Of a stretch of 64,000 nt of DNA, positions 13,471-26,496 are shown piece by piece. The stretch lies in NCBI GenBank assembly GCA_040357565.1, contig JBDODJ010000039.1; one strand, 5' to 3'. The translations under genes were made by a program, and so were the position numbers. How positions within the stretch are numbered: position 1 is the first letter of the stretch; each line of letters opens with the position of its first letter. The DNA is from Cercozoa sp. M6MM. Its lineage: Eukaryota; Protista; Endomyxa: Ascetosporea. The notes beneath the pieces were generated by a model. It was given only the letters and a program-made list of their open reading frames with translations. It was not told the origin of the DNA and made no database searches.

Positions 13471-15885
13471 ATGCGTGAGTTTCGCAGCTTTGACGGGTGG
13501 TACCACAACACGGCGCATGCGAGTCTCGGCGCAGCTGACACGGTAGAGAATTAAAACATTGATTCTAATGATGTATCCTCCTTAATTTTTCGATTGTAGC
13601 CACTGGCACGAAGTCACGCAGCACGCTTCGATGACGCTGGTGCCGGGCGTGAATTGGCGATGAAAGAGCGACCTTCGCCGCGGTAGGAGTTTGACCCCCC
13701 CCCCCCCTCTGTCAGTCTTTACTATTAGTTTTTGCTCCTTAGGCTGATAAGTGAGGCAACACTGAGAGACGAGAATGCGTTGGGCACGAGTTCTTTGCGA
13801 AATCGAACGACGCTGGCCGTGTTTTTTGGACAGCAACTGGTGGAGGAGATTCTGGATGCACAGGGCGCTGCGTGTGATCCCGAGTACAACAACATTCCGG
13901 CGCTCACGCCGGCCGAACTCGCCCTGGCCAAGGTCGACTTCAGTTTTACGCGGGGGCCCCCCGCCCCTATCCCTTTCCCTCTTTTTGCAGTTTTACCTCC
14001 TTTTTACCCCCTCCTTACTCCCTCCCCTGACACCCTGCAGGAGCTGCGACCGCGTAACGATGAGGATCCTGGCGGCGTTCTTCATGACGGTGCGGCCGAC
14101 CCGGCTGATACACCGTAGAACGCATCTTTAATTTACATTTTACTTATGTTAAACACGTATGTGTATGTGTACAGATTCCAACGGACGCGTTACGTTCGTG
14201 TCGGCTCGCATGACGCGCAGCGCAGTGCCACTCCACGGTAAGGGGGTAATGTGGTGGAGAAAGGGGTAAAGGGATGTGGAGAGGGGTAAAGGGGGTGTAT
14301 AGAAGGGTAATGGGGGAGGGTAGGAGTTAAAGGGGAGTGTATAGGTATGGGGGTATCAAGAGGTAAAGCACTGTGTATACACCCTTGACACAGTGCGCAA
14401 CTCAACGAGATTAGCGCCTGGATCGACGGTACGCTGATCTACGGACCGTCGAAAGTGTGGACCGACGCACTGCGCGCCTTTGAGCGCGGTGAACTTGCCA
14501 CCGTTTTTCTGCGTCGGAATTCCGACGGAAGAATCGAAGAACATTCGCGGAATTTTGGAGAAACCTTTGACGAATCCGCGATCGGCACTTACGACGAGTT
14601 TCCGCTGCCGAACGATATCGCGCTGCCCATCGTCAATCCTGCCATCCCGTCCTTGCACAAGTTCGTAACGCACCCTGAAACAACACCCCTTTAAACAATA
14701 TCTTTAAACAACACTTCCTTAAATAACACTCCCGAAACATATGTGAAGAAGTGTTAAACACTTCCTTCAATCAATACATTTGCAGGAAGACGTGCGTCGT
14801 TTCTGGCGACTCGGCAACCCGCGTAGCCATTTCTTAAGACTGTGTTTTGTCTGACTGAACGGATGAAAAGTGTAGGTACCAATGAGAATCCAATGCTGCT
14901 CGCATTCGCTGTTCTCTGGCACCGTGAGCACAACTGGTACTTTAACCCTCCCCACACCTTTCTCTTTCTCAACATCGAGTTACTTTCTACACATCGAGTA
15001 CAGGCAAGCCCGACGACTGCACAAACAACACCCGGACTGGTCGGATGAACTGTTGTTTCTGGAGGTAACATTTCTTAATTTTGGAGAAGAGACACTCAAA
15101 GCTTTTTGCTTCAGGCCCGGCGACTAACAATTTCCGTGTACCAAAAAATCGTCATGTACGACTGGCTTCCGGTCTTCCTGGGTCAGTTTAACGCTTTCCT
15201 TGTGTTTTAGTTAGTTAGACTGATTATTGTACAGGGCTTGATGAAATGCCTGCCTATCAAGGCTTCCGCGCGGATGTGGACCCCCAAGTGCCACATGAGT
15301 TTCAAAGTGCTGCCATGCGCTTCGGACACACCATGGTGCTCTTTTCCAAAGGAAATGTCCTTACCCAAAAATGCAAAATTTCCTAGGTGCCGCCGGGTCA
15401 ATACCGGCGCGGCAAGAACTGCGCTTTTGGCGATGCACTTCGCGTTTGCAACAGCTATTTCATCGGGCCGCAACAGGTTAAAAATACGTTCCCAATTCTC
15501 ACAGCGTCAGTTTTTTCTTGGTAATTTCCGGAGCAGGTATTGAACGCGGTGACTGGTGGCTATCCATTCGGATGGGAGGTAAATTTATACAATTCTTCTG
15601 CAACGTCGGAGTAAGCTAACCTATTAAATCTGCATGGTAGGAATTGATGCTCGGCATGTCGTCTCAACTGGCTGAGCGAGAAGACACTCACATAACTGGT
15701 ACATTGTGGTATTAAAGAATTATAGTTTTGTTTGGGTGTAAATTAGGTTATTTGACTAGAGGATTTGAGAGGCTTCGTATTTGGTCCGTTGGAAGCGAGT
15801 AGGCGTGACTTGATGGCACTCAACTTGCAGAGAGGTACTTCCGTTTGACTGGGAGATTTTGTGTTCAATAGCAGAAAACTGCGTG

Positions 15886-15940
<55 letters not shown>

Positions 15941-18900
15941 TGCAGGCAGAGATCACGGTATTCCGGACTACAACTCACTGCGCAAACAGTACGGTCTGGT
16001 CCCTGTTCGCGGCTCGTGCGACACTCGACATGAGTTCGTTCGCAAGTTTCCGCGCCGCTGGCGGATCTTCGAACGACTGTACGGACCTGATCGCAGTCCA
16101 GTCACCGAGACCCTCAATGATACCAACAGCACCACCACTATTGAAGACTGCGTCATGAACGATGCCATGTTACGTATCGATACTTTCACTGCTGGCATGG
16201 CTGAAACGTGAGATCCTGTGTTTTTGAAGCTTCCAAATCACTCATTTCTTTCAGTTGAGAGTGTGCCTTTTGTGTCATAGAATTGACGGTCCTGGCGAAC
16301 TGTTTTCGGCGATCATTTTGAGCACACTTTTGCGCATTCGCGATGGCGATCGCTTCTGTAGCTTTAACTTGGTTGTCTTTAGAACCAAAAATTGTTTCCT
16401 TTTTGTCCCCAGGGTTCGAAAACAGAGACCTCCGCATGGCCGATGTCAGTGTCGAAGCGCACAACGAAGGCAGTGTCCTGACTGATGCCGAACTGGCCGA
16501 GATTCGAAACACAACGATCAAAGATGTACTGTTGCGGAATTCCGTGCATCTGACGTCTGCAGACATTCAGGATGTGAGTACTCTTTCGTGTGCTTTCTTG
16601 TTTGATTCTAAAAGTCACAAAGGGGTCTGTAGAATCCCTTTGTGCACATGACACAAGACGTGTGTCCGCAGCCCAAGCAGATTCACAAGAACGAGTTGCC
16701 TGCCTGCACTCCACCGCAGACGTTCGACTACTTTGTCGACACCAACAGTCACGTGCAACTGTAAGGTTCTTATCTTTTTGGGGTTCCAACTGAGTTAAGT
16801 TGATCGTTTGTGTTTCTTTAGTGGTCTAACGATTGCTTCGATCGTGATTGGTGCCGTCGCCCTGATTCTCCTGTCTGTCTGCTTTGCCTGGCGACACAAG
16901 CGAAGAACGAAAGACACAGACATGGAGTTGATCGATAAGAAACTCAACTACAACAGTGACGATGACGAGTGGTCTCTGGCCGAGACAGAATCTGAAGCCA
17001 CAAGCGAAACCACTCAGAACACTGACGCTTTTGAAGTGAAAGAACTCGCAAGTGAAGACCAGAAAACCAACGATTTGACATCCTTCTTGGTGCAGATTTT
17101 GTCACAGTTTTTCCCGTCTTGCTCCCTTTACTTTCTGCCCTTGTTAGTGGTGGAGATCGCGCACGAAGGAGCGCGAGAGGTTTCCGCAAGTTCGCGCAAC
17201 GATCGATCGCGACACTCGCACGGTGCTTGTGCCGGTGTTCACTGCCTCTGCGCTGCTGCACTTGTGCCGAAAGCGACACCAAATCCCTTCGGAAAGCGCG
17301 CTAGATCGACTGATCTATATTGGTGCTGGCGACTGCACTTTGGTACCTTTAATTTGCAGTTTTGTTTGCTTGCGATTTTCATCAGAATGTCCTTGGTTCA
17401 GTGCCCTCTGGTCAGCATACAGATGCGACAGGCGAGCATTCATCAAACAGGCGAAACTGACCTGATCATTCGAGCACACTGCGATGTTCCACTTCGATTC
17501 GCTTCGCTGTGTGTTGTTTCTTTCATTGAATGATGATGGTTTCAGGTTGAGTTTCTTGTGTGTTGGTTTAGGCAAGAACTCGCGATCTTTTTGGTGGAGT
17601 GGCAGCACTTGGCACCGACTCTCGTGCACCAAGAGTCGCACCGACAGAACTTGACACTGCTTCGCGAACGCAAGGCAAAACTGAACGAGTTCGTTCGTGT
17701 CGCGAGCGAGGTGGCGCGGAGCGTTGTGCACAGCGATGCTTCCTTCGTTTCAACTGCTGCAGCACTCGACGACTACTGCAACCAGTTCGAGGACGAAATC
17801 GACTCGAACGTTGTGCGCATGCGTTTGTGCCGCTTCGAAATCGCGCGCACACTGATCGCACTGGGTTTCGAACCGACCTACTGCGCAGTGCTGAATGCCT
17901 TCTTGTATCCACCTCGCGCAATGGCCGAGTTGCTGCGTATGCGGCCGCCGCGTCAGAGTGCCGACATGAGTGTCGTTGTCGCTTTGGTGCGCTGTCTCAC
18001 TTGTCGAGCGTCGAGTGACCTGTGTGCAATTTTGGTTCAGCGATTCTCGGTGCTTCAGCCTCGGTATGCCAGTTCATACATGCTTCTTTATATAGTATCA
18101 ATAACTCTCTGTCCTTCAGCGAGGAATCGATGGAGGAATCGATGGAGGAATCGATGGATGACTCCAAAGTGGACGAAGAAACGCAACTGACGACAGATGA
18201 ACTGCAAGAACAGATCGAATTCGTGAGTGTGTGCGTTCTTGCCGTGTGCTCGGTCGAGTTGCACTGCGATTGCCTCGAACTCGACGAAGCCTACAGCGTG
18301 CTGAGTTTCTTTGCTGCCAAAGTGTCGAAAGCACGCGAAATCGTGCGCAACTCAACCGCGCTGAGCATTCGAGTCGAGTCACAAAGCGAGTTGAAACGAG
18401 CGCTCTGTGATTTCTTGATCGAATCGAAACTCGACGTGTTTGGCATTCGATTAGACAACCAAGAGACACGAATTCCCGAGGAATTGCATCCTTCGCAGGT
18501 CGATTCCCAGGTCGAAAACAGCCTTGAAAGTTCACTGCTCGCTGCTGTTCGTCACAAGCATCCCGAAAGCAACATCGACGCCTGGACTTCCCTCATACCG
18601 GCGTACAATCAGACACAGCAGGACAGTTCCAATGAAGAAGAAAGAAGCAACGACCAGAAGAAACGCCCCACCTTGTCGCACACCTTGTGGAAACTGTGGC
18701 AGGAAAATGCAGTGCTCGTCAGCTTTGGTGTTTTCATTGTGCTCGTCAACATTGCCGTCATGCTCAAGCGCTTCTACGTCTACGCCTTCGAAAGCGAACA
18801 GCTTGGTACTTACACTTCAGTTTGAGAGCTTTCAGGTTCATTTCAGTTGGCAGGCCTGCGACGAGTCGTTGGCTACGGCGTTTCGTTCACGCGAGGCGCT

Positions 18901-20800
18901 GCATCGGCGCAGCACTTGAACTATGGCATTGCCTTTGGCCTGACTGCAAAGCGTGCTGTGCCCGACTTGCTTCCAAAACCTTTGCGAGACGTTGCTGTGT
19001 GGATCAAACTTCACATTCTTGCCGCAACCATCGGGTCTATATGGACGCTTGTTCATATTGGTACTTCTTCTTTCACCCTTAGGGGATCTATGTAATAATA
19101 AATCTTGCAGGTGGACACTTGTACAACTTTACCTCGTTCACGACGCAACCTGTCGCCGATCAGCGCTGCTTGTTGCGACAACGTGCGATTTCGAGCAGTT
19201 CAGTATGTTTAAACCCTTTCAAGTTAAATGTTGATTGACTTGGTGATTTGGTTGTGTGAAAGGTGACTTCTTTCTGGAGCTGGTTGCTTGGCACTCCAAC
19301 CGGCCTGTTTGGAGTTTTGCTGACGTTCGTTTGGCTCTTCCTGATCGTGTTTGCCTCGCCTTGCCTGAGGAAGTGAGTTTCAATTTATCCCATGATTTTG
19401 CTTTAACTGATGTGTGTGGTTACGTTTAAAGGAACGCGTACGACGTGTTTCTTCGCTCGCACAAAGTGGCCTTCCCGGTGTTCATTGTGCTTATTTTTGC
19501 ACACGGAGCTGCCGCCTTGGTGCAGCAACCGGCTTTTATTCTGTACTGGGCCGTTCCAATTCTGCTCGTGCTGTTCGACATTCTGCTGGCGTGCTACTTT
19601 CGCCGCACTGAGTGTATTTCTTGTTGCTAAATCCAGACTGGTCCCTCTGCAAATGTGTTGTGCTGGATGCTTTCATTATTTGTATTATCTAGCGGTTGTG
19701 ACGTGCAAGAAAGTGCGAGTGACATATAACATGGTGCTACTGACACTTTGGCGTCCTCCCAAGTTTCGTTTCAAGAGTGGCCAGTTCGTGAAACTGCGAT
19801 GTCTCAACGCATACGAAACTGTACTTGCGTTCTCCTTTGGTTTCAGTTCGCTTCATTTTTCACTGATATCGATGGGTGTCAGTTGTGGCAACAACCGCAT
19901 GCATTCACTATCCTGAGTGCACCGAATGACCCCACGCTGGAGATAGCGTGCAAGAAAGAAGGCAAATGGACTTCGGAACTGCGACAACACTTGGCCCAAC
20001 GCGACCAGGCAACCGATCTCCCGGTGTTGTTCGCTCTGAGTGGACCGCGTGGTGGTGCAGTGTCGGTACAGTAGTCTATCAAGTCAAAGGGAGGAAGGAA
20101 ACAAAACTGAATGCTGTGTTTCTCAGACTCGCTTCTTTGAAGGAATCGACCGCGTTGTGATTGTGTGCGCCAGTATCGGAGTCACTCCGTACTTGAGTGC
20201 TCTACGAGATGTGTGCAACCGTGTGGAGCACATGCCAGGACGCACTGACGACGAGCTTAACGGCTTGTTGCATGACGATATCGTTCTGCCTTCTCACATG
20301 TAAATCCATTCCCGTCAATTGTACATCTTGTGCATTTAGTTGTGTCTTTGTAGTCAAATAATCTGGACATGTCGAAGCTACCATGGCATGGAGTGGGCCA
20401 TCGAAATGCTAGCCGACATTGAGCGACGCCTGCACGATTCAGATCGCGTCAACTTCACACTGCACTTGTATCTGACGGCGAAGCACGATTCCGCCACTCT
20501 ACACGATCGACTGCTTGCCATTTTCAATGTGGACAAATTGCTTGGGTAAATTTACTTTTAGCTGCTAGTTTTTGACAAAGTCGCTGTGAGTGTATGTGCT
20601 GCAGTCTCGAGAATCCAGTCGAAGTTGGCCGACCCGAGATTGCGGAACTGCTGCGAAAGGAGTGCGAATCCGAGAACGAAGTCGTCTCAGTGTTTTCCTG
20701 TGGCTCCTCGAAAATCTGCATGCAGATTGCGCGCGAAGTGCAGCAGCTGAGAATGGAGGGAAATGCGATCGTGCACCACAGTGAGCATTTCTCGTTGTAA
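13471..20800 (+). CDS. DUOX: Dual oxidase (heme-peroxidase-like domain + TM + PH-like/degenerate EF region + ferric reductase + FAD/NADPH domains); many exons; start approximate
   Basis: EFRSFDGWYHN, FFGQQLVEEI, NEISAWIDGTLIYG, NENPMLLAFAVLWHREHN, AAMRFGHTMV, DLMALNLQRGRDHGIPDYN, RIRDGDRFWFEN, CPQPKQI..C; heme His pairs KLHILAATIGSIWTLVH and RSHKVAFPVFIVLIFAHG; FKSGQFV, QPHAFTILSAP, ASIGVTPYLSAL, VFSCGS, HSEHFSL*. Confidence 0.93.
15882..15939. repeat. (TG)n microsatellite in a DUOX intron
   Basis: Direct. Confidence 0.95.
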
Positions 20801-21107
20801 CTGGCGGACTACGCCTTAAATCGCCGCGCGTTCGGGAGCGAAGTATTCCATGAACAGAAACGAGAATTCGAGTCCGCGTCGACTGAAGTTACAGCACAGT
20901 TCTTTGAGAACCGGTTTTGAGTAATTTAATCGAATTACTCTGCCCTTTTTGAGCACTAAACGCACTTTATCCTGCCGAAATGGTGCCCACAGTACTACCT
21001 ACAGGATGCACCCCTTAAAACCTCTAAGCATTCGTGCACCTGACTGCTTCCGTTCCGGTGCTTCGCTTCGCTTCCGCAGTTGGGGGTCACTGGCGGGATC
21101 GCTTCAG

Positions 21108-23356
21108 TCAGTGCAGGTCGTCGCCGGAAACGTTCGCTTCCGAGTTGCTCTCATGCTTCATTCCAGGGGAAGACAAGGACTCCTCGATTTGTGTCTTTTG
21201 ATCTAGTTTTCGAGGCTTTTCGGCCAATGGTGCGATTTTACCCCAGTCAACATGCGTTGTGGAGGGTTGCCGTCGAGAGCTCGGGGCACGCGGTCGGTCG
21301 CATACTGCGTGTTGTAGATTGGGCGCTCTATCGGCGATTTCGTACCTTTGAGCACCTTCCCTGGAGTTCGAAACATTCTGTCCGTCGGCTATCATTCAAG
21401 GTCCAGACTTCCGGTATACACAGCATTGGAACGAAAGATGTGGCATACCTTTTGCACTTGCTTGGCCCTGAAGAACTGCAGCCAGCTGTGCTTGTAGTCT
21501 GTTGACTCTGTCGCTCATTCTTTGAACTTGCGGTACCGAAGTAGCTTGTACAGGATTTCTGGACGCAAAAGCGCCTTCAAACCTCTTGCGCGCGGACCGA
21601 GAAGAAACGAGCAAATATAACTGAAACGTCAACGGACGATTTAAATAACCAGAGATAGATTTGTTTAGAGCAACCAAGTTTATTGTTAGTTTGCGTTGAG
21701 GTGTGTGCACATTCTGTTTTGGTCATATCCCGAGTCCAGCGCAGTCAGAGTTCAAGCGGGGCGACAAACGCAGAATTTCTGATGCGTCAAGGAGTCTGAG
21801 CAGAGGGATACGGACTCGAAATACGTGACATGCGCGTTTTGCGTCGAATTCTTGTGTTAAAATGTAGGCACTCTTCTCCACTGTTTGGGGATCAACGAGC
21901 GGTGGTGACTGGAAGGACAAGTCGTTGGCGCCGCTGAAGCTGTTTCTGAAGACGCGCGCAGCGTACAGTTCTGAACAAGCATATTAACCTTAGAGCTTCG
22001 ACAGCAAACTACTTGTACCGGGTATTCTATCGAGACATGTCCACAGTTCCTCGCTTTCCCACTTTGGCACAATACACGCTGTTTCGAGTTGTTTTTGGCC
22101 TTTTTCACTCGGTTGCCGATTCAAACGGTTGCCCTTGCCAAGCGAAGCTTCAAGCATATGCAAGTCTTGGGCACAGCCGCACTCAAGCCTGACCTCTAGA
22201 CCCTCGAAGTGCACAAGTTGCTGAGAAAAGCAGTCGCTCGGCATGTCAAACCCAACGGTAAAGCAAAGCGTGCGGTGACCTGGGGAAAGAGGGTAGGAGG
22301 AGGGTAAGAGGGACTAGAAGCAAGTAGAGGGTGAGAAGCAAAAGGAGTTAATGGGGTTAGGGCGTAAAGGGGTAAAGAGGGTGGGTATTCAACCTGCTTC
22401 GGCGTAATGGTGCACAAAGGTGCGAACGAGAGAACTCAAACTAGGGTGAATGAGGTCTTGAGATGCGAGTGTGTGCCGTCTTGACAGTCCCAGAGCTCCA
22501 TATTTGTTCTTGTGCTTAAGGCCAAGAACTGCTCTTATCATCATGACAGTAACGCATTGTTTATATCAACGACAGTCTTTAAAAAAGTCAGCTTTCTAGA
22601 TGATGTACCAATGTGCCAGAAACTGCTGCGACCGAGCGAGACACCAATCGGCGTCGATCGAAACCGAAGCGCGAACCTGTGCAGCGCAAACGGACGACGT
22701 CCGTTGAGGGACTGCAGCGAATGCAAAGATTGCATTGTGTGTGGATGGCACGTCAAATACGCTGCAATCGCAAAGGCTTCCAAACAGCGAATCGGCAGTC
22801 TTCGTGCCAGAGACATCTGTCCGCTTGCGCATATTTCCGCGAAAGGTCGGTCCTGCGAGCGGTGATATAAATTCACAAACAACAGCTACTGTACATAGGC
22901 GGCTAGTACGCTAGGTACCTTGTGAACTTTGATCGCGTCTAACTGCGGACTGAAACGATACGTGAACTGGTTGAGCAACTTTTGGATGTGCTGAAATCCA
23001 GCACGAATATCGTCGAACGAATGTATGGAGCGAGCCTGGCGCCGTGGGCATGGTACTCCCTTGTGAACACCAACTGCGCTATCGTTTGAATCACGGAAGT
23101 CACGTCCCTTCCTTCGCTGCTCGAGTTGTTGCTTCTTCACCAACTGCTGAAGTCGAATGTGCTCTGTTCGCAACTTGAGGAAGAAATCTGCGCTCTTCTC
23201 TTTTGTTTTCTTCAGTTGGAAGACAGAGGCAGCTCTAGTATTTGTTTCGTTTGATTTTGGAGCAGAATTCGTTGATTCTTTCTCGCAGAAAGTAGAAAGT
23301 GCTTTGATCAACGAATCCGTGTCACGCGGAGTAGTCGTCCCTCGAATGGCTCGCAT
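21108..23356 (-). CDS. Vasohibin-family tubulin detyrosinase with long C-terminal extension; 3' end approximate
   Basis: IQKLLNQFTY, RRLPIRCLEAFAIAAYLT (catalytic Cys), HRFALRFRS...FWHI (His) and KYGALGLSRR match the VASH motifs LPIKCLEA, RHIVL and YGALGMSRR. Confidence 0.82.
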
Positions 23357-26300
23357 GAAAGCTCAAGGTACCACTTCGCCCTAAAAAGTACGAACTGCAG
23401 TCTGCAGCCGTCGTAGCTACTTTGTCGTGACTTCTGACCGATTGTTGCAAGATCTAGAGTTCGCAATCGACGTTAAGGGTTTCTTGCCAAAGCAAGGAGA
23501 AACGCTGGGGCACCCAGTGTAAGTTAAGTTATTCGTGCTGGATCAACGCTATTGTGACCTCATTACTAGAGCTCAAATTTTAGGATGTCTCTACATGATC
23601 AGAGTAGGAAATCCGTGTTCCAGCAACGTAGGGTTGCTTTCTGAAAGCAGCAGTTTGCGCCTAAATTTAAGTTGCACTACTTTTTTAGAGGCCCGATTGA
23701 AAGAAGCGAGCGAGGAGCTCAATGCTAGATTTGATTTCACGGCCACTGCGTCCACACAGACACGCATCGATCACCACACATTGCAGGCGCTGGTGCGGAC
23801 CTCGTAGCTTTCAGCTTCTCCGCTCACTTTTATCGTTGTTTGGTAGGGCACGTTACGCGCAGTGTTTGATGGCTCGTCGTCGGTGCTCACCGACGTGTCA
23901 CAGCACTTTTCGCGCGCCAAGGACTACAACGAAACTCGCGCAGCGACCTTCCGACGGTTCTTTGCCGAGCGCATTATCGCTCCGGTATTTTCTCTGTTGC
24001 GATTGTATTGGGTCGAGGTTGTCGGGTTTTGTGGTAAATTGAAAAAACACGCTGCACTGCATGAAGGCTCGAGCGCGTGAGCTTTTGCTTTCGGTCACGG
24101 CGCGTGTGTTTGACATCCGAGGTGTGCCTTTGCCAGTGCGGAAAAAGCTCTTGCTTATGGCAGAGATGCGACAGTTCTCCGTCGGCGAGTGCATCTGCAA
24201 GCAGGGACAGTCTGGAGATGTGTGGTTCGTCGTTTTGAACGGCAGAGTGGCGTTGAGCACAACTGGCGATGCAAACAAGCCAACCAAGCTTGCTGAGTTA
24301 GCTCCCGGTATTTCGATATTATAGCTCTTAGTAGTGACCTTTCTCAAGTACCCCAGGAGACGACTTTGGCGAGCTGGGAGTCGCGAAAGCGATGCACACC
24401 CGTGCTCTCACAGCAACGTGCGTTACTCGCGTGCAGCTTCTTGCAGTGTCGCGTCGTTTGTACCAGCTACACGTAAAACCGCACCACGCGTGCACCGGCC
24501 ATGCCGACACGAAACGCTTTCTGCGCGAGTCGCCGTTTCTCCGCATGGAACCCATGCCCACGCTTTCTCGCATCGCTCGACTCCTCAAGAAACGGAGCTA
24601 CAGTACAGTTTACCAGACGAATGAGTTCCTTCCTTCATTCGTCCATATGTATCGTACACACAGAGAAAGGATCCGTGATTATCAAGCAAGGCACTCCGCG
24701 GAAAACAGTGCTCTTTTTCATCATCAAAGGCAAATGTCGCGTTCTTCGGTACCAGTAAATTCAGTTTGCTTTGACTCTTAAAATTCAAAATAGTTGTGTT
24801 TGAAAAAGTAGAGCGGTAGATGGTGGATACTTGGTACCCATCGTTTACACAGTTAGTTTGACTGTTGCGACATTTGTGAAAACAGGCTGCGTCGCGCCCT
24901 CCAAGGGATGCGCCGTCACATGCCGTACCTAGACGAGCCAAGCAGCCAACCGCACCTCAACACAGAAAGCCGCGACGAAAGGGTGTGTTCTTTAAAGCCG
25001 AGAAAGAAACTGCAACTTCGATCGGCGAAATCGACTCTCTCAAATCTGAGGCAACAGATGACGTTTCTTCGCTCGAGTTACGCGCACATTGTATTGAAGA
25101 CGCCACCACGGACAGCATAGCTGGTCATAAGTCAAAGAAGCTGCACGAACGAAAGAAAGCCATCTTTTGGAATAGTCGGAGCAAGTGGGAGGATCCGCGC
25201 ATTCCTCGTGTGGGAAAGACACTGGGTACCTTCCCCCTAAAACAATTTGGTGTTTCTTACCCAGCTGTACGTAGAACATTTAAGTATCGCACACGATCGA
25301 TCTATCTTGGACGCCACTGCAATGTAACAACTTACCTTTGTCCTTTAACCTCCCATCAACGTTACCAACATTGCTTTAATATTTGCCAGGGGAGAAAAGT
25401 GTCCAGACACGCAAGATGTGCGACTGCGACAGTACGCAGAAGCTCCGCTCATTCGTCGAAAGCTCCTTGCTGTAACTTTACAGGCCCAGTCTTCTTTCTC
25501 AATTCTGCAACCTTCCTTCAGTTCTTTGGAATCCTCTCTGACTTTGGAGCAGAAGAAACTTCAAACCGAGAGACGAAAGGGCATCGCGCCGCAGTTTCTG
25601 TCGACACAAGTAAACAATGGTGCTAACGAAATTGAAGCTGTCTGATCTGCTTGTGATTTCAAACGGACAAACTCCAAAAATGAGCAGAATTTGGTCAGTT
25701 GCACCCGCGGCGCGTGTTCATCGACATTGCGCTCCTGTCTTCGCACGAGTTTTTCGGAGAGTTCTTCAACTCGGCAATCGGCGGCAAGTACACACCGGCT
25801 TTTGTGGATAAAGGCGTCGGCGAACGACAAGAAAAAACCGAGTTGGACGCGCGCAGGATCGGTTTGCTCGGCTCGCTGGAGGCGAAGGAATGGGCACTTG
25901 CGAATACCGGCAGCAACAACTACGATCGGAAACAAGACACGCCATACGAAGCTTCACAGGTCAGTCCGACTGTTTAAAACAAAGAAGACCAAAGCAGGAA
26001 CTGGTCCTTTGTGCAGGCAGAAAGTACTGACGATGAAAATGCCTTGGTCGCGCAGTATACTTACAGTGTGGTCGCTGCCTCTGACGTTGACTGTTGGTAC
26101 GATGCCGCTTGTGTTGCTTCTGACCTACCTGGACATATCTCCTGCATCGACACAGGGAAGTCGACTCCTACATGTTCACTCGCAACCTGTCGGACAAAAC
26201 GATGCAACTCTTGCGTCTCAACGACCCGGCGCAACTCACCACATACGACGCTGTTCAGGCCCTGCATCGCCAAAACGCGTGGCACGGCTTTCGACGAGAA

Positions 26301-26496
26301 ACCACTCGTGTACTTCAAAATTCTACTAGTGTATAAATTAACTGTAAAAAACAATTTGCTGCGTTCTTGTTTTGAATAGAACGCACTTCGACAGTGTCTG
26401 CGCGGTCGCGTCGGTCACGCAGAAACCGTGTCGCGGGCCACTCGCGATCCCTACAAGGCGCAGTTCGGAACGCGCACCTTCTTGAACTACAACTAA
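23346..26496 (+). CDS. Cyclic-nucleotide-binding domain protein (CNBD2-like architecture), multi-exon; start could instead be 23585
   Basis: FSVGECICKQGQSGDVWFVVLNGRV...GDDFGELG...RALTATC; second domain GSVIIKQG..LFFIIKGKCRVL, split by a long insert before HEFFGE...YSVVAASDV. Confidence 0.8.

Noticed and set aside
13167-13471. DUOXA maturation factor head-to-head with DUOX, as in vertebrates
   Set aside because: The divergent neighbour is clearly LSG1; no DUOXA-like gene is recognisable in the window
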